Of a stretch of DNA of 64,000 nt, positions 29,419 to 40,005 are shown in pieces. Origin of the DNA: Myxococcota bacterium (GTDB lineage: Bacteria; Myxococcota_A; UBA796; CAJQPC01); assembly GCA_036229005.1 (NCBI GenBank), contig JAZAMN010000011.1:64001-128000 (forward strand), in the 5' to 3' direction. The translations under genes and the position numbers were made by a program. The stretch's first letter is position 1; each line of letters starts with the position of its first letter. The notes beneath the pieces are model-generated. The model was not told the DNA's origin, ran no database searches, and was given only the letters and a program-made list of their open reading frames with translations.

Positions 29419-32040
29419 ATGCTCTTGTTGTTGCTCTCCACCCTGGCGCTGGCCCAGGACTCCTCGCAGGGGCAGGCCCCGCCCCCTCCGGCGGCTGAAG
29501 AGGAGCCCCTCCCGATCCTCAAGATGCCGGCCATCGTGGAGTTCGTGCAGGCCCCCTACCCCCAAGAGGCCAAGGACGCGGGCATCGAGGGCCAGGTCCT
29601 GCTGCTCATCGAGATCGACGTGGACGGCACCATCTCCTACGCGGAGGTCCTGGACGACCCCGGCTACGGGCTGGGCCCCGCGGCCCTGGAGGCCATCCAG
29701 CAGAGCACCTTCACCCCCGCCGAGGACGCCAACGGCCCCGTGCCCGTGGCCCTGGAGTTCAACTACGGCTTCGTGCTGGACGCGGCCTCCGTCGAAGAGG
29801 CCGTCCCCGAAGAGGAGCTGCCCCCCGCCGAGCTCCCGGTCACCGTCGACGGGCAGATCTTCGAGCTGGCCACCCGCCGCAACCTTGGGGAGATGGCCGT
29901 CGGGCTCGTGGGCACCGAGTACACCACCCTCTCCGACGCGGACGGCCGCTTCGAGCTCCGCGGCGTGCCCCCCGGGACCTACGAGCTGGCCATCGCCCGC
30001 CCCGGCTGGGAGGAGAAGATCCTCCCCATCACGGTCGAAGACGGCAAGGTGTCCTCGGCTGAGGTCTGGGTCCGCAACCTGTCCTACGACGACGACACAG
30101 CCGTGGGGGTGTACCGCAAGAACAAGGACGAGATCACCACCCGCACCATCTCCATGACCGAGGCCCGGAAGATCCCCGGCACCTTCGGCGACCCCGTGCG
30201 CGTGATCCAGAACCTCCCCGGCGCGGCCCGGGCCCCCTTCTCCAGCGGCCTGCTCATCATCCGCGGCGCCAACCCCGAAGACTCCGGCGTCTACGTCGAC
30301 GGCATCCGCATCCCCTACATCTACCACCTGGGCGGCTTCGTCTCGGTCATCAACCCCGAGATGGTCCAGTCGGTCGACTACCTGCCCGGCTCCTACGGGG
30401 TGCAGTACGGCCGCAGCACCGGCGGCGCCGTCGACGTGGTCACCAAGAAGTCCTCCCCCGAGCAGAGCCGCCTGGTCTGGTCCACCGACGCCCTGGACTC
30501 CGGCGGCTTCTACGAGGGCCGGGTCGGCAAGGACGGGGAGCACCACGTAGCCGTCGCCGCCCGCCGCTCCTACGTGGACTACGTCCTCAAGCCCTTCCAG
30601 CGCAACCGGCCCTTCACCGCCAGCCCGCGCTGGTGGGACTACCAGCTCCGCTACAGCTACCACGGCTTCGAGAGGACCGAGGTCAGCGTCTTCTTCTTCG
30701 GCTTCGACGACACCCTGCTCGTCACCACCGACGAGAGCCTCGCGCAGGGCCCGGACCAGGACGCCCAGGGCGAGGTCTCCACCCACCAGTTCAGCCACCG
30801 CATCCAGGGCCGCATCGTCCACAACTTCTCGGACAGCCTCGCCCTGCGCGTCATGCCCGCCATCGGCGTCGACTACAGCTACTTCGGCCTGGGCCAGTCC
30901 TTCCAGCTCGACCAGACCCTCGTGCTCACCGAGGTCCGCGCCGAGCTCCCCTGGACCGTCAACGAGCGCGTCGAGCTGGTCCCCGGCCTGGACTTCATCG
31001 GGGGCACCTGGGACTTCACGACCGCGCTGCCCTTCAACCCCACCTCCTTCATCGAGTACGACCCCCTGGCCGAGCGCGAGCCCTGGGAGATCAGCGACAG
31101 CGGCGCCGGCTGGGGCCCCGACCTCTACCTCAAGGCCAACCTCCGCCCCTTCCAGGATCCCGAGCGTCTCTACATCCAGCCCGGCATCCGCTGGTCGACC
31201 TACACCATCACCGACCAGTTCTCCGCGCAGGCCTGGGACCCCCGCCTCGCCTTCAAGGCCAAGGTCAGCCCCACCACCTTCATCAAGGGCGCCACGGGCC
31301 TCTACACCCAGCCCCCCCAGTTCTTCGAGTCCTACCAGCCCGAGGCCGAGTACGACCTGGAGTTCGAGAAGGCGTGGGCCTCCTCCATCGGCCTGGAGCA
31401 GCAGCTCCGCCCCGGCCTGAACGTCGAGATCGAGGGCTTCTACAAGGAGCTCTACGACCTCATCGTCACAAACCCCGACTTCGCCGGCTTCGAGGACACC
31501 GCCTACGTCAACGACGGCACCGGCGAGATCTACGGCGCCGAGTTCATGCTGCGCCAGGACCCCATCAACCGCGTCTTCGGCTGGGTCAGCTACACCTGGA
31601 GCCGCTCGATGCGCCAGGACTACGCGGACTCCGACCCCTACCTCTACGACTTCGACCAGACGCACATCTTCACCGCCCTGGCCGGCGTGAAGCTCCCCTA
31701 CCAGTTCGAGGTCTCCGGCCGCATCCAGTACGTCACCGGCACGCCCTACACCCCCTACTCCGGGGCCTTCTACGACGCCGACCTGGACGCCTGGACCCCC
31801 TACTCCACCGGCAAGCGGAACTCCGAGCGCCTCGGCGACTACACCGCCGTCGACCTGCGCGCCGAGCGGGCCTTCGCCTTCAAGCACTTCCGTCTGCTCA
31901 CCTATGTCGATCTGCTGAACGTCTACCGCGGCGACAACCCCGAGTTCCGCCTCTACAACTACGACTACACCGACTACGTCGACGTCCGCGGGCTGCCCTT
32001 CATCCCCTCCCCTGGCGTCGAGCTGGAGTTCTACCTGTGA
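29419..32040 (+). CDS. TonB-dependent receptor with fused N-terminal TonB-C and carboxypeptidase-regulatory-like domains
   Basis: YPQEAKDAGIEGQV (TonB-C), PGTFGDPVRVIQNLPG plug, FDQTH, and C-terminal aromatic residues. Confidence 0.9.
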   Translation: MLLLLLSTLALAQDSSQGQAPPPPAAEEEPLPILKMPAIVEFVQAPYPQEAKDAGIEGQVLLLIEIDVDGTISYAEVLDDPGYGLGPAALEAIQQSTFTPAEDANGPVPVALEFNYGFVLDAASVEEAVPEEELPPAELPVTVDGQIFELATRRNLGEMAVGLVGTEYTTLSDADGRFELRGVPPGTYELAIARPGWEEKILPITVEDGKVSSAEVWVRNLSYDDDTAVGVYRKNKDEITTRTISMTEARKIPGTFGDPVRVIQNLPGAARAPFSSGLLIIRGANPEDSGVYVDGIRIPYIYHLGGFVSVINPEMVQSVDYLPGSYGVQYGRSTGGAVDVVTKKSSPEQSRLVWSTDALDSGGFYEGRVGKDGEHHVAVAARRSYVDYVLKPFQRNRPFTASPRWWDYQLRYSYHGFERTEVSVFFFGFDDTLLVTTDESLAQGPDQDAQGEVSTHQFSHRIQGRIVHNFSDSLALRVMPAIGVDYSYFGLGQSFQLDQTLVLTEVRAELPWTVNERVELVPGLDFIGGTWDFTTALPFNPTSFIEYDPLAEREPWEISDSGAGWGPDLYLKANLRPFQDPERLYIQPGIRWSTYTITDQFSAQAWDPRLAFKAKVSPTTFIKGATGLYTQPPQFFESYQPEAEYDLEFEKAWASSIGLEQQLRPGLNVEIEGFYKELYDLIVTNPDFAGFEDTAYVNDGTGEIYGAEFMLRQDPINRVFGWVSYTWSRSMRQDYADSDPYLYDFDQTHIFTALAGVKLPYQFEVSGRIQYVTGTPYTPYSGAFYDADLDAWTPYSTGKRNSERLGDYTAVDLRAERAFAFKHFRLLTYVDLLNVYRGDNPEFRLYNYDYTDYVDVRGLPFIPSPGVELEFYL

Positions 32041-32957
32041 TCCCCCTGAGCACAACGCTGGCGCTGCTGCTGGGCTGCGAGATCACCCAGCTCGACTCCG
32101 CCTCCATCGTCGACCGCACCCGCATCCTGGGGGTCAAGGCCACCCCCGCCGAGCCCGCGCCCGGCGACACCGTCACCTTCTCCTCCCTGGCCGTGGACCC
32201 TGAGAGCGGCATCGCAGGCGTCACTTGGTTCGGCTGCGTGCTGGAGGACAGCGACTCCTTCGGCTGCGAGCTGGACACCGACACCCTGGAGGCGCTCTTC
32301 GCCCAGGACCCCACCACCATGACCGCCCAGGAGCAGCAGGACTGGTACGCCGAGCTCCAAGCCGCGGGCTTCCTGGGCATCGAGCCCGACCTCTCCCCCA
32401 CCCTCACCGTCCCCTCCGACCTGTTGGACGGCTTGAGCGAAGAGCAGCAGGCCGAGGGCAAGAACTACATGCTCACCCTCTCCGCCATCCCCGGCGGCCT
32501 GGAGATCGACGACCTGGATCTCGACGCCGAGGGCACCCAGGCGGTGGGCGAGCAGGGCCTCAAGCGCATGCCCGTGAGCGTCGGTGGCACCCCCAACCGC
32601 AACCCCGAGATCACCTCGCTGACCCTGGACGGTGAGTTTGACGTCAAGGACCAGGATGTCTTGGAGGTGAGGGCTGGGCAGACCTACACATTCCAGCTCA
32701 ACCTCTCCGACGACAGCGTGGAGACCTACACTTTCGTGGACTCCCAGGGCGCCAGCGAGGACAGGATGGAGCAGCCGTATGTCAGCTTCTACGCCACGAC
32801 TGGCTCCTTCTACCAGACCATCAGCCTCCACCCCTACCTGGAGGCGGAGTGGACCGCGCCCATCGATCCACCCGGCGAATCGCACACCCTGTGGTTCGTC
32901 CTGCGGGATCGCCGCGGCGGCATGGATTGGGTGACCGTGGAACTTCTGGTGCGCTGA
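32037..32957 (+). CDS. TBDR-associated lipoprotein
   Basis: GTG overlapping the TBDR stop. MIPLSTTLALLLGC, RILGVKATPAEPAPG, PNRNP and WFVLRDRRGGMDW. Confidence 0.8.
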   Translation: MIPLSTTLALLLGCEITQLDSASIVDRTRILGVKATPAEPAPGDTVTFSSLAVDPESGIAGVTWFGCVLEDSDSFGCELDTDTLEALFAQDPTTMTAQEQQDWYAELQAAGFLGIEPDLSPTLTVPSDLLDGLSEEQQAEGKNYMLTLSAIPGGLEIDDLDLDAEGTQAVGEQGLKRMPVSVGGTPNRNPEITSLTLDGEFDVKDQDVLEVRAGQTYTFQLNLSDDSVETYTFVDSQGASEDRMEQPYVSFYATTGSFYQTISLHPYLEAEWTAPIDPPGESHTLWFVLRDRRGGMDWVTVELLVR

Positions 32958-32990
32958 GAAGTCTTTCACCCTGTTTGGCCCCCCTTTACC

Positions 32991-33007
32991 TTGACTGCAC
33001 ATTGACA
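32991..33007 (+). promoter_or_regulatory. Candidate operator TTGACTGCACATTGACA upstream of the glt cluster
   Basis: 11-bp-period direct repeat with a similar copy at 41708. Extended -10 TGCTATCTT at 33046. Confidence 0.5.
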
Positions 33008-33118
33008 GCCGCTCAGCAAGCGGCCAAAAGGGACTCCCTTGCTTGTGCTATCTTTCCGCGACCCGAAAAACGCCCCTGCGCGGGATCTCCCCGCGTGCTG
33101 AAGCTGGAGAAGCAGTCC

Positions 33119-33946
33119 ATGAACTCTACCCGCACCCTGGTTGCCGGGACGATGGGAGTCGCCATGACGGCACTCGCGCTCGTCTCGGGCGGCGAGGCCT
33201 GGGCCAACCCGGCGGAAGACGCCCTCCGTCAGGCCCAGGGAGAGGTGACCGTCAAGCAGGACGCGGTGCAGAACCGCTTCTTCCTCAAGTCCCAGCGATT
33301 CGAGATCGCGCCGGTGCTTGGAGTGGTCCCCAACAACCCCATGGTCCGTCGCTACACCGGCGGCATCCTGGTGGCCTACCACTTCAACGAGCAGTTCGCT
33401 GCGGGCGGGCAGCTCATCTACAGCCCCGACCTGGGCATGAACGATGTCAAGGGCCTGACCGAGACGCTCGTGCAGATCGCACACAGCTCGGACAGCGGCG
33501 TTGAGTTCCAGCAGCCCCTGGACAAGCTGATCCTGGGCGCGACCTTCTCGGCCAACTGGGTCCCCGTCTACGGAAAGATCAACCTCATCGGTGAGACGGT
33601 CGTGAACTTCGACCTCTACATGTCCGCCGGTCTGGGGATGCTCTCCATCAAGAAGTACCACGCCGAGTACGACAACCAGGCGGCCGACGGCACCACGCCC
33701 GTCAAGCTGGTGGAAGACCAGAACAAGGTGACCGTGCCCGCCAACCTGGCGGTCGGCACCGACATCTTCCTCACCCAGACCCTGGCCCTCAAGCTGGAGG
33801 CCCGGTCGTACATCTACCGCGACCGCGTCCCCCAGTACGACCCTGACGTCGATGTGCAGGACATGCGCCTCTACAACGTCTTCATCGCTTCTGCAGGCCT
33901 CTCGATGTACTTCCCGAAGATGGAAGAGCGTCGGACCGAGTTCTAA
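33119..33946 (+). CDS. gltA: Myxobacterial outer-membrane beta-barrel protein, GltA/GltB (NfsA/B) family
   Basis: VQNRFFLKSQRFEIAP, YHFNEQFA and PVYGKINL motifs. First gene of the glt cluster; A versus B assignment is uncertain. Confidence 0.8.
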   Translation: MNSTRTLVAGTMGVAMTALALVSGGEAWANPAEDALRQAQGEVTVKQDAVQNRFFLKSQRFEIAPVLGVVPNNPMVRRYTGGILVAYHFNEQFAAGGQLIYSPDLGMNDVKGLTETLVQIAHSSDSGVEFQQPLDKLILGATFSANWVPVYGKINLIGETVVNFDLYMSAGLGMLSIKKYHAEYDNQAADGTTPVKLVEDQNKVTVPANLAVGTDIFLTQTLALKLEARSYIYRDRVPQYDPDVDVQDMRLYNVFIASAGLSMYFPKMEERRTEF

Positions 33947-33963
33947 GCGGAGAACCAGAGAAC

Positions 33964-34851
33964 ATGCGAATGAACACTGCCCCGATCTGGCTCTGCACCG
34001 CCGGTCTGCTGCTCTCCACCCCCGCCCTGGCCCAGGAGGATCCCTCCCTGGACGGCGTGGCCCAGGAGGACTCCGAGGAGTCCGAGTCTGGTGACGACGA
34101 GCTCGACGACCTGCTGACCACCCCCGGCTCCAGCAGCCGGCGCGGCGAGAAGGAGGACCTCCGCGAGGAGAGCTCCTCCTTCAACCAGCCTCAGAACAAG
34201 AGCTACGTCCCGCCCCAGCGCACCATCAAGACCATCCAGGAGAAGGACTTCATGAAGCTGGGTCGCTTCGAGGCGACCCCCTCGGTCGGCTTCGTGACCA
34301 ACGACCCCTTCCTGAACCGCTACATCGCTGGCGCGCGGCTGGGCTACCACATCACCGAGATCTTCGCGGTGGAGGCTGAGTTCTCCTACAGCCCCGACCT
34401 CGGCACCCGGGACTGGAAGCCCCTGACCCACCAGCTCGTCGAGGAGAACAACGTCTCTCCCGACATCAGCAAGCTGACGCTGATCTCCAACGCCACCTTC
34501 CAGTTCTCCCCCATCTACGGGAAGGTCGCGCTGGGCAACGGCAACATCATCCACTTCGACATCTACGGCGCATTCGGGATGGGTGTCACCCAGACCCGTG
34601 ACGATCTCGAGGCCCTCCAGGCCATCGACGATCCCATCGCCCAGGCCACCGAGGTGCAGCTCCAGCCCACCACCAACTTCGGCGGCGGTGTGCGCGTGAG
34701 CTTCAACGAGACGGTCGCCCTCCGCATCGATGGCCGCTCCCTGGTCTACATCGAGACGGTGAACTCCACGACCCTGGAGATGAAGAACAACTTCATCCTC
34801 TCCGGCGGCGTCGGCTTCTTCTTCCCGAGCATGGAAAAGGTGAACCAGTGA
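33964..34851 (+). CDS. gltB: Myxobacterial outer-membrane beta-barrel protein, GltA/GltB family
   Basis: IQEKDFMKLGRFEATP, NDPF, YHITEIFA and PIYGKV motifs. Paralog of the previous gene. Confidence 0.8.
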   Translation: MRMNTAPIWLCTAGLLLSTPALAQEDPSLDGVAQEDSEESESGDDELDDLLTTPGSSSRRGEKEDLREESSSFNQPQNKSYVPPQRTIKTIQEKDFMKLGRFEATPSVGFVTNDPFLNRYIAGARLGYHITEIFAVEAEFSYSPDLGTRDWKPLTHQLVEENNVSPDISKLTLISNATFQFSPIYGKVALGNGNIIHFDIYGAFGMGVTQTRDDLEALQAIDDPIAQATEVQLQPTTNFGGGVRVSFNETVALRIDGRSLVYIETVNSTTLEMKNNFILSGGVGFFFPSMEKVNQ

Positions 34852-36755
34852 GCACCAAGCGCAGCCTCTCCCTCCTCATGGGGCTCGGCGCGATCGCGCT
34901 GAGCGCTACCAGCTCTTCCAACGCGTGGGCCTTGGACTGCGACGAGATCATGAACATGGTCAACGTCAACGTCCCCACCAACATCATCGTGCAGACGATG
35001 GAAGACAGCGGCGATCAGTTCACCAACGAGGACATCCGCTGCCTGATGGACGCGGGCGCCCCCGACGACGTGGTGACCACCGCCAAGCGCATGTCGGCCT
35101 CCGCTGCCCCGGATCCCGAGCCCATCGAGCGCGGCGAGCCCAGCACCACCCGGGACGCAGACGACTGGGATCAGACCGACCGCATCGGCGAGAGCTCCTC
35201 CCGTCGCGGCGGCCGCGGCGGCTACGACGACCTGCCGGAGGACGGCGAGGACCAGGCCAACCAGGCCGGCGGTGCCTGCGCCGACGACGTGGACGAGGCG
35301 GTCGAGGCCTACAAGGCCAAGAAGTACCTCGGCTCCAGCCTGATGCTCTTCCGCCTGCTGGAGGACGGCTCCTGCCCCGAGCAGGAGGAGCGGATCCACT
35401 TCTACCTGGGCATGAACCTCTACGACCTGGAGATGTACCACTCCAGCCAGTACTACTTCATGCAGGTCATCAAGAAGGGCACCAACGGGCGCTACTTCAA
35501 GTACGCCCTGCCCAAGGTCGTGGCCATCGCCCGCTACACCGGCGATGACAGCGAGCTGATGCGCGTGGCCAAGGCCGCCTCCTCCAAGGATGTCCCCATC
35601 CAGGAGTACCCGCGGAACGCCCAGAACTACATGGCCTACCTCTACGGGGTGGACGCCTACGACGACGGCGAGCTCTCCAAGGCCCGCCGCTACTTCGGGA
35701 TGATCTCCACCAAGTCGGACCTGTACCTCAAGTCCAAGTACTTCGAGGGCGTCATCTACCGGCAGCAGGACCGCTACAAGAGCTCCGTCAAGAGCTTCCG
35801 CGACGTCATCCGCGACTCCGAGCAGGTCACCCTCTACACCGAGGAGGAGGTCCGCGACGTCGAGCGTCTCACCGACCTTTCCCTGGTGAACATCGGGCGT
35901 ATCTACTACGGCATCCAGCGCTTCGACGAGGCCGAGAAGTACTACGACTACGTGCCCCACGACTCCGAGGTCTGGCCCCAGGCGCTCTTCGAGGCCGCCT
36001 GGTCCAACTTCATGCAGGGTGAGCTCAACACCACTCTGGGTCAGGTGCTGACCGTCCAGTCTCCCTTCTACGGGAACGAAGAGTTCTTGCCGGAGGCCAC
36101 CATCCTCCGCGCGCTGACCTTCTTCAACCTCTGCGAGTACGACCAGGTCGAGTACGAACTCCTGCGCTTCGAGGCTGAGATCAAGCCGATGAACCAGGAG
36201 CTCAAGGACTTCATCGGTCAGTACAAGTCCAAGGAAGGCCGCAAGCTCGCGGACCAGGCCTACGAGGCCTACTTCGAGGGCGTCAAGAAGGACACGGTCC
36301 TCCCCAAGAGCATGTTTGTCAAGTTCTTGCGGAACCAGGACCTGTACTCGCTTGTCAGACACCTCCAGATCATGGAGGAAGAAGAGACAAAGATTGCTGC
36401 ACAGAAGACCCTCTGGCGCGACTCCGTCGGCGCTCACCTCGAGCAGGTCCTGGAGCAGGACCGCCGCCGCTACAAGCAGCGGGCCGGCATGGTCATGCTC
36501 CAGGAGATGGTCCTGATGCAGAAGCACCTTGGTGACCTGCTCGGCCAGTCCCAGATCATCCGCTTCGAGGTCGTGTCCGCCCAGCGCGCCGGCTACGAGT
36601 ACGCGATGTCCAACCTGGACCTGTCGGCCACCAAGGACGAGAACGCCATCGATTTCGCTACCAGCGTCGACTACATCTACTGGCCGTTCAACGGCGAGTT
36701 CTGGAAGGACGAGCTGGGCTACTACTACTACACCGAGCAGGGCTCCTGCGAGTAA
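34848..36755 (+). CDS. gltC: TPR protein GltC/NfsC-like
   Basis: TPRs, ALFEAAWSNF and C-terminal YWPFNGEFWKDELGYY...C. Confidence 0.88.
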   Translation: MSTKRSLSLLMGLGAIALSATSSSNAWALDCDEIMNMVNVNVPTNIIVQTMEDSGDQFTNEDIRCLMDAGAPDDVVTTAKRMSASAAPDPEPIERGEPSTTRDADDWDQTDRIGESSSRRGGRGGYDDLPEDGEDQANQAGGACADDVDEAVEAYKAKKYLGSSLMLFRLLEDGSCPEQEERIHFYLGMNLYDLEMYHSSQYYFMQVIKKGTNGRYFKYALPKVVAIARYTGDDSELMRVAKAASSKDVPIQEYPRNAQNYMAYLYGVDAYDDGELSKARRYFGMISTKSDLYLKSKYFEGVIYRQQDRYKSSVKSFRDVIRDSEQVTLYTEEEVRDVERLTDLSLVNIGRIYYGIQRFDEAEKYYDYVPHDSEVWPQALFEAAWSNFMQGELNTTLGQVLTVQSPFYGNEEFLPEATILRALTFFNLCEYDQVEYELLRFEAEIKPMNQELKDFIGQYKSKEGRKLADQAYEAYFEGVKKDTVLPKSMFVKFLRNQDLYSLVRHLQIMEEEETKIAAQKTLWRDSVGAHLEQVLEQDRRRYKQRAGMVMLQEMVLMQKHLGDLLGQSQIIRFEVVSAQRAGYEYAMSNLDLSATKDENAIDFATSVDYIYWPFNGEFWKDELGYYYYTEQGSCE

Positions 36756-36832
36756 GCAGGACCGACCCAGGTCTCTCAGAGGGGAGCGCCTGCTCCCCTT
36801 GACCCGCCATTTCCTTGGCAGGAGTAATGCAC

Positions 36833-39800
36833 ATGAGCATCCGCAACCTCCGCACCTTGGTGTTGCCCGTCGCGCTCGCCTTCTCGGCGGGCATCTTCGT
36901 TGCAGGCGACGCCCACGCCCAGGACCGCAAGGACAAGGAGGAGCGTCGCGTCCTCCGGGCTGACGATGTCGACGACATGCAGTCCCAGTCCGACGAGCTC
37001 CGGGCCCTCGCTCGCGAGAAGCGCCATCAAGAGATGGAGATGGCCAAGCAGATGCTCAGCGGTGGTGGCCTGGAGGGCGAGCAGAAGGCGAGCATGATGC
37101 TCCGCCTCGCTGACCTCTACTTCCAGGAGGGCCGCGACATCTACTTCGTGGAGATGCGCGAGTACGAGAAGAAGTTCGACGCCTGCTTCGAGGACGACTC
37201 CTGCGACACCTCCAAGATGCAGCCGGACAACTCCGAGTCCAACAAGTGGCAGAAGCAGAGCATCAAGCTCTACCGTCAGATCCTGACGAACTACCCCACC
37301 TACGCCCGCGCCGACGAGGCGACCTTCTACCTGGCGCAGGCGCTGCAGGACACCGGTGACCGCAAGGCGGCTCTGACCGAGTACACCCGCCTGGTCAAGA
37401 CCTACCCCGAGAGTGGCTACGTCCCCGACTCCTACGTGCAGATCGGCGAGTACTACTTCGACGAGAACGACGCCTACAAGGCGCTGCTCGCCTACCAGAA
37501 GGCCACCGCCTTCAAGAACAGCGAGAAGTACGCCTTCGCCCTCTACAAGCTGGCCTGGTGCTACTACAACGTCGGCGAGTACGGCAAGAGCATCGAGACC
37601 ATGAAGGGCGTCGTCGCCTACTCCATGGCCTCGGAGGAGGCTGGGCAGCAGAGCAACATCCAGCTCCAGGAAGAGGCCCTCAAGGACCTGGTCCGGTTCT
37701 TCGCCGACGCCGGCGAGATGGACGAGGCCTACGCCTACTTCTCCAAGCTCGGTAAGAAGGAGCTCATCCGCTCCATGCTCAAGCGCCTCGCGGCCACCTA
37801 CTTCGAGCAGGGCAAGTTCGAGGAGGCTGTGCAGACCTACCGTCGCCTCATCGCCGAGGACCCCAACTCCCCCGACGCGCCCGAGTACCAGGCTGAGATC
37901 ATCTCGGCCTACAACAAGATCGGCCGCAAGGAGGAGACCCTCGCGGAGATCGACAAGCTCCTCAAGACCTACGGCAAGAACTCCGCTTGGGCCCGCGCGA
38001 ACGCGACCAACCAGGAGGCCATCGAGGACGCGCAGGGCTACATCGAGAAGAACCTGCGCAAGGTCGCCATCGACTACCACACCGAGGCCAAGAAGCTCGG
38101 CACCGGTCGTCAGGCCCGCGACGTGTACGGACACGCCGAGACCGCCTACCGCGTCTACCTCGAGCAGTTCCCGGACAACAAGCACACCTACGAGATGCGC
38201 TACGCCTTCGGCGAGCTCCTCTACACCCTCAAGAACTACGAAGAGGCCTACGAGCAGTACATGGCCGTCGTGGCGCTCGACCCCAAGGGCAAGCGCTCGG
38301 AGTTCTGTGCCAAGTCCGCTGTCTTCGCCGCTGGCGAGATGGTCAAGGCCGAGGAGAAGGAAGGCAAGGTCGAGAAGGCCTCCAAGGACAACAAGACCGA
38401 GCCGGTCCCCCTGTCCGACTGGGAGAAGAACAAGCTGGCGGCGCTGGACCAGTACGCCGAGCTCTTCCCCACCAACAAGGAAACCAAGGGGATGATCTAC
38501 GAGGCTGGCTACCTCTTCTACAACAAGAACCAGTTCAAGGAGGCGTCCGATCGCTTCCGGATCGTCATCGGCATGGACCCCCAGTCCAGCCAGGCGATGC
38601 TGGCCGCCAACCTCATCCTGGACTCCTTCAACCTCGTCGAGGACTGGAAGAACCTCAAGGAGGTCTCCAAGGCCTTCTACGACCAGGACAACCTGGGCAA
38701 CAAGAAGTTCAAGGAGGAGACCTACACGGTCTACCAGAACGCCTCGCTCAAGCTCATCGAGGTCACCCTCGAGGAGTCCGGTGACAAGAAGACCGCAGCG
38801 TCTTCGCTGGTCGCCTGGTACGAGGAGTTCCCCAAGGCCGAGAACGCCGACCTCGCCCTGAACAACGCCGCGACCTACTTCTACGGCGAGGGCATGCGCA
38901 AGGAGGCGATGGAGACCCGCCTGACCCTGCTGGAGAACTTCCCCAAGAGCAAGTTCTACAACAGCCAGGTCGCCCAGCTCGGCTACGACTACGAGTCCAT
39001 GGCCGACTTCTCCTCCGCCGCCGCGCAGTACGAGAAGCTCTTCGAGTTGGACAAGGACAACGAGAACTCCCCCGATGCCCTCTACTCTGCGGCCCTGTTC
39101 CGCCGGGCCCTCGGTGAGTGGGAGGCTGCTGTCGACAACTACCAGAAGTACATCACGGCCTACCCCGACCGCGAGAACGTCCAGCAGGTCCAGCTCGAGA
39201 TCGGCATGCTCTTCGAGGAGAACGGCCAGCACGAGAAGGCTGCCAAGGTCTACCAGACCTTCTACTCCCAGAAGGACCCCCAGGGTGTGAGCGCCGACGA
39301 GCTGATGTACGCCCGCCTGCACTACGGACTCTCCCTGTCCGAGATGGGCCAGGCCTCCAAGGCGACCAAGCACTACAAGGACTCGGTCGAGTGGTTCAAG
39401 TCTGCCCAGGAGGGCGGCGCCGGAATGACGCTGGGCGTCGAGTTCGCGGCTCAGATGATGTACATCCTCGCGGAGCCCACCTTCGACAAGTACATGGCCA
39501 TGACCATCGACGGTCCCAAGTCCAAGGTCAGCCAGCGCCAGGAGGACAAGGTCCTCGGCGACAGCCTGATGGCCAAGGCGAAGACCCTGCAGGAGGTCGA
39601 GAAGCTCTACGCGGAGATCGTGGCCACCGGCGCTGGTGAGTGGGGCCTCGCGGCCCTCGTGAACCTGGGTCAGGCCTACGAGAACATGGGCGACTCCATG
39701 ATCAACTCGCACATCCCGACCTACCTCACCGAGGACCAGATCGAGTTCTACCGGATGAACCTGGAGGACACGGCCTACCAGCAGCAGGAGAAGGCGGTTC

Positions 39801-39988
39801 AAGCCTACTCCCTCGCCCTCGAGAAGAGCTACGAGCTCAACCTCTACAACGAGCGCCTCGCCCTCGCGACCCGTCGTCTCGGTCAGCTCCGCCCCGAGGA
39901 ATACCCCGGGCTGGAAGAGACCCTGATGGAGCCCAACTTCACCTCGTCGTCCGGGACTGCCAGCCAGCCCTTCGTCGAGAGCCTCTGA
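36833..39988 (+). CDS. gltD: Large periplasmic TPR protein GltD (AgmU)/NfsD-like
   Basis: Extensive TPRs (YPTYARADEATFYL, YKLAWCYYN, EALKDLV), signal peptide, position after gltC. Confidence 0.85.
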   Translation: MSIRNLRTLVLPVALAFSAGIFVAGDAHAQDRKDKEERRVLRADDVDDMQSQSDELRALAREKRHQEMEMAKQMLSGGGLEGEQKASMMLRLADLYFQEGRDIYFVEMREYEKKFDACFEDDSCDTSKMQPDNSESNKWQKQSIKLYRQILTNYPTYARADEATFYLAQALQDTGDRKAALTEYTRLVKTYPESGYVPDSYVQIGEYYFDENDAYKALLAYQKATAFKNSEKYAFALYKLAWCYYNVGEYGKSIETMKGVVAYSMASEEAGQQSNIQLQEEALKDLVRFFADAGEMDEAYAYFSKLGKKELIRSMLKRLAATYFEQGKFEEAVQTYRRLIAEDPNSPDAPEYQAEIISAYNKIGRKEETLAEIDKLLKTYGKNSAWARANATNQEAIEDAQGYIEKNLRKVAIDYHTEAKKLGTGRQARDVYGHAETAYRVYLEQFPDNKHTYEMRYAFGELLYTLKNYEEAYEQYMAVVALDPKGKRSEFCAKSAVFAAGEMVKAEEKEGKVEKASKDNKTEPVPLSDWEKNKLAALDQYAELFPTNKETKGMIYEAGYLFYNKNQFKEASDRFRIVIGMDPQSSQAMLAANLILDSFNLVEDWKNLKEVSKAFYDQDNLGNKKFKEETYTVYQNASLKLIEVTLEESGDKKTAASSLVAWYEEFPKAENADLALNNAATYFYGEGMRKEAMETRLTLLENFPKSKFYNSQVAQLGYDYESMADFSSAAAQYEKLFELDKDNENSPDALYSAALFRRALGEWEAAVDNYQKYITAYPDRENVQQVQLEIGMLFEENGQHEKAAKVYQTFYSQKDPQGVSADELMYARLHYGLSLSEMGQASKATKHYKDSVEWFKSAQEGGAGMTLGVEFAAQMMYILAEPTFDKYMAMTIDGPKSKVSQRQEDKVLGDSLMAKAKTLQEVEKLYAEIVATGAGEWGLAALVNLGQAYENMGDSMINSHIPTYLTEDQIEFYRMNLEDTAYQQQEKAVQAYSLALEKSYELNLYNERLALATRRLGQLRPEEYPGLEETLMEPNFTSSSGTASQPFVESL

Positions 39989-40005
39989 GCGCACTGGAGA
40001 TTTTC

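Noticed and set aside
27304..32055. 1583-aa minus ORF across the Ton operon
   Set aside because: Shadow of four in-register sense genes, and it ends inside tRNA-Cys.
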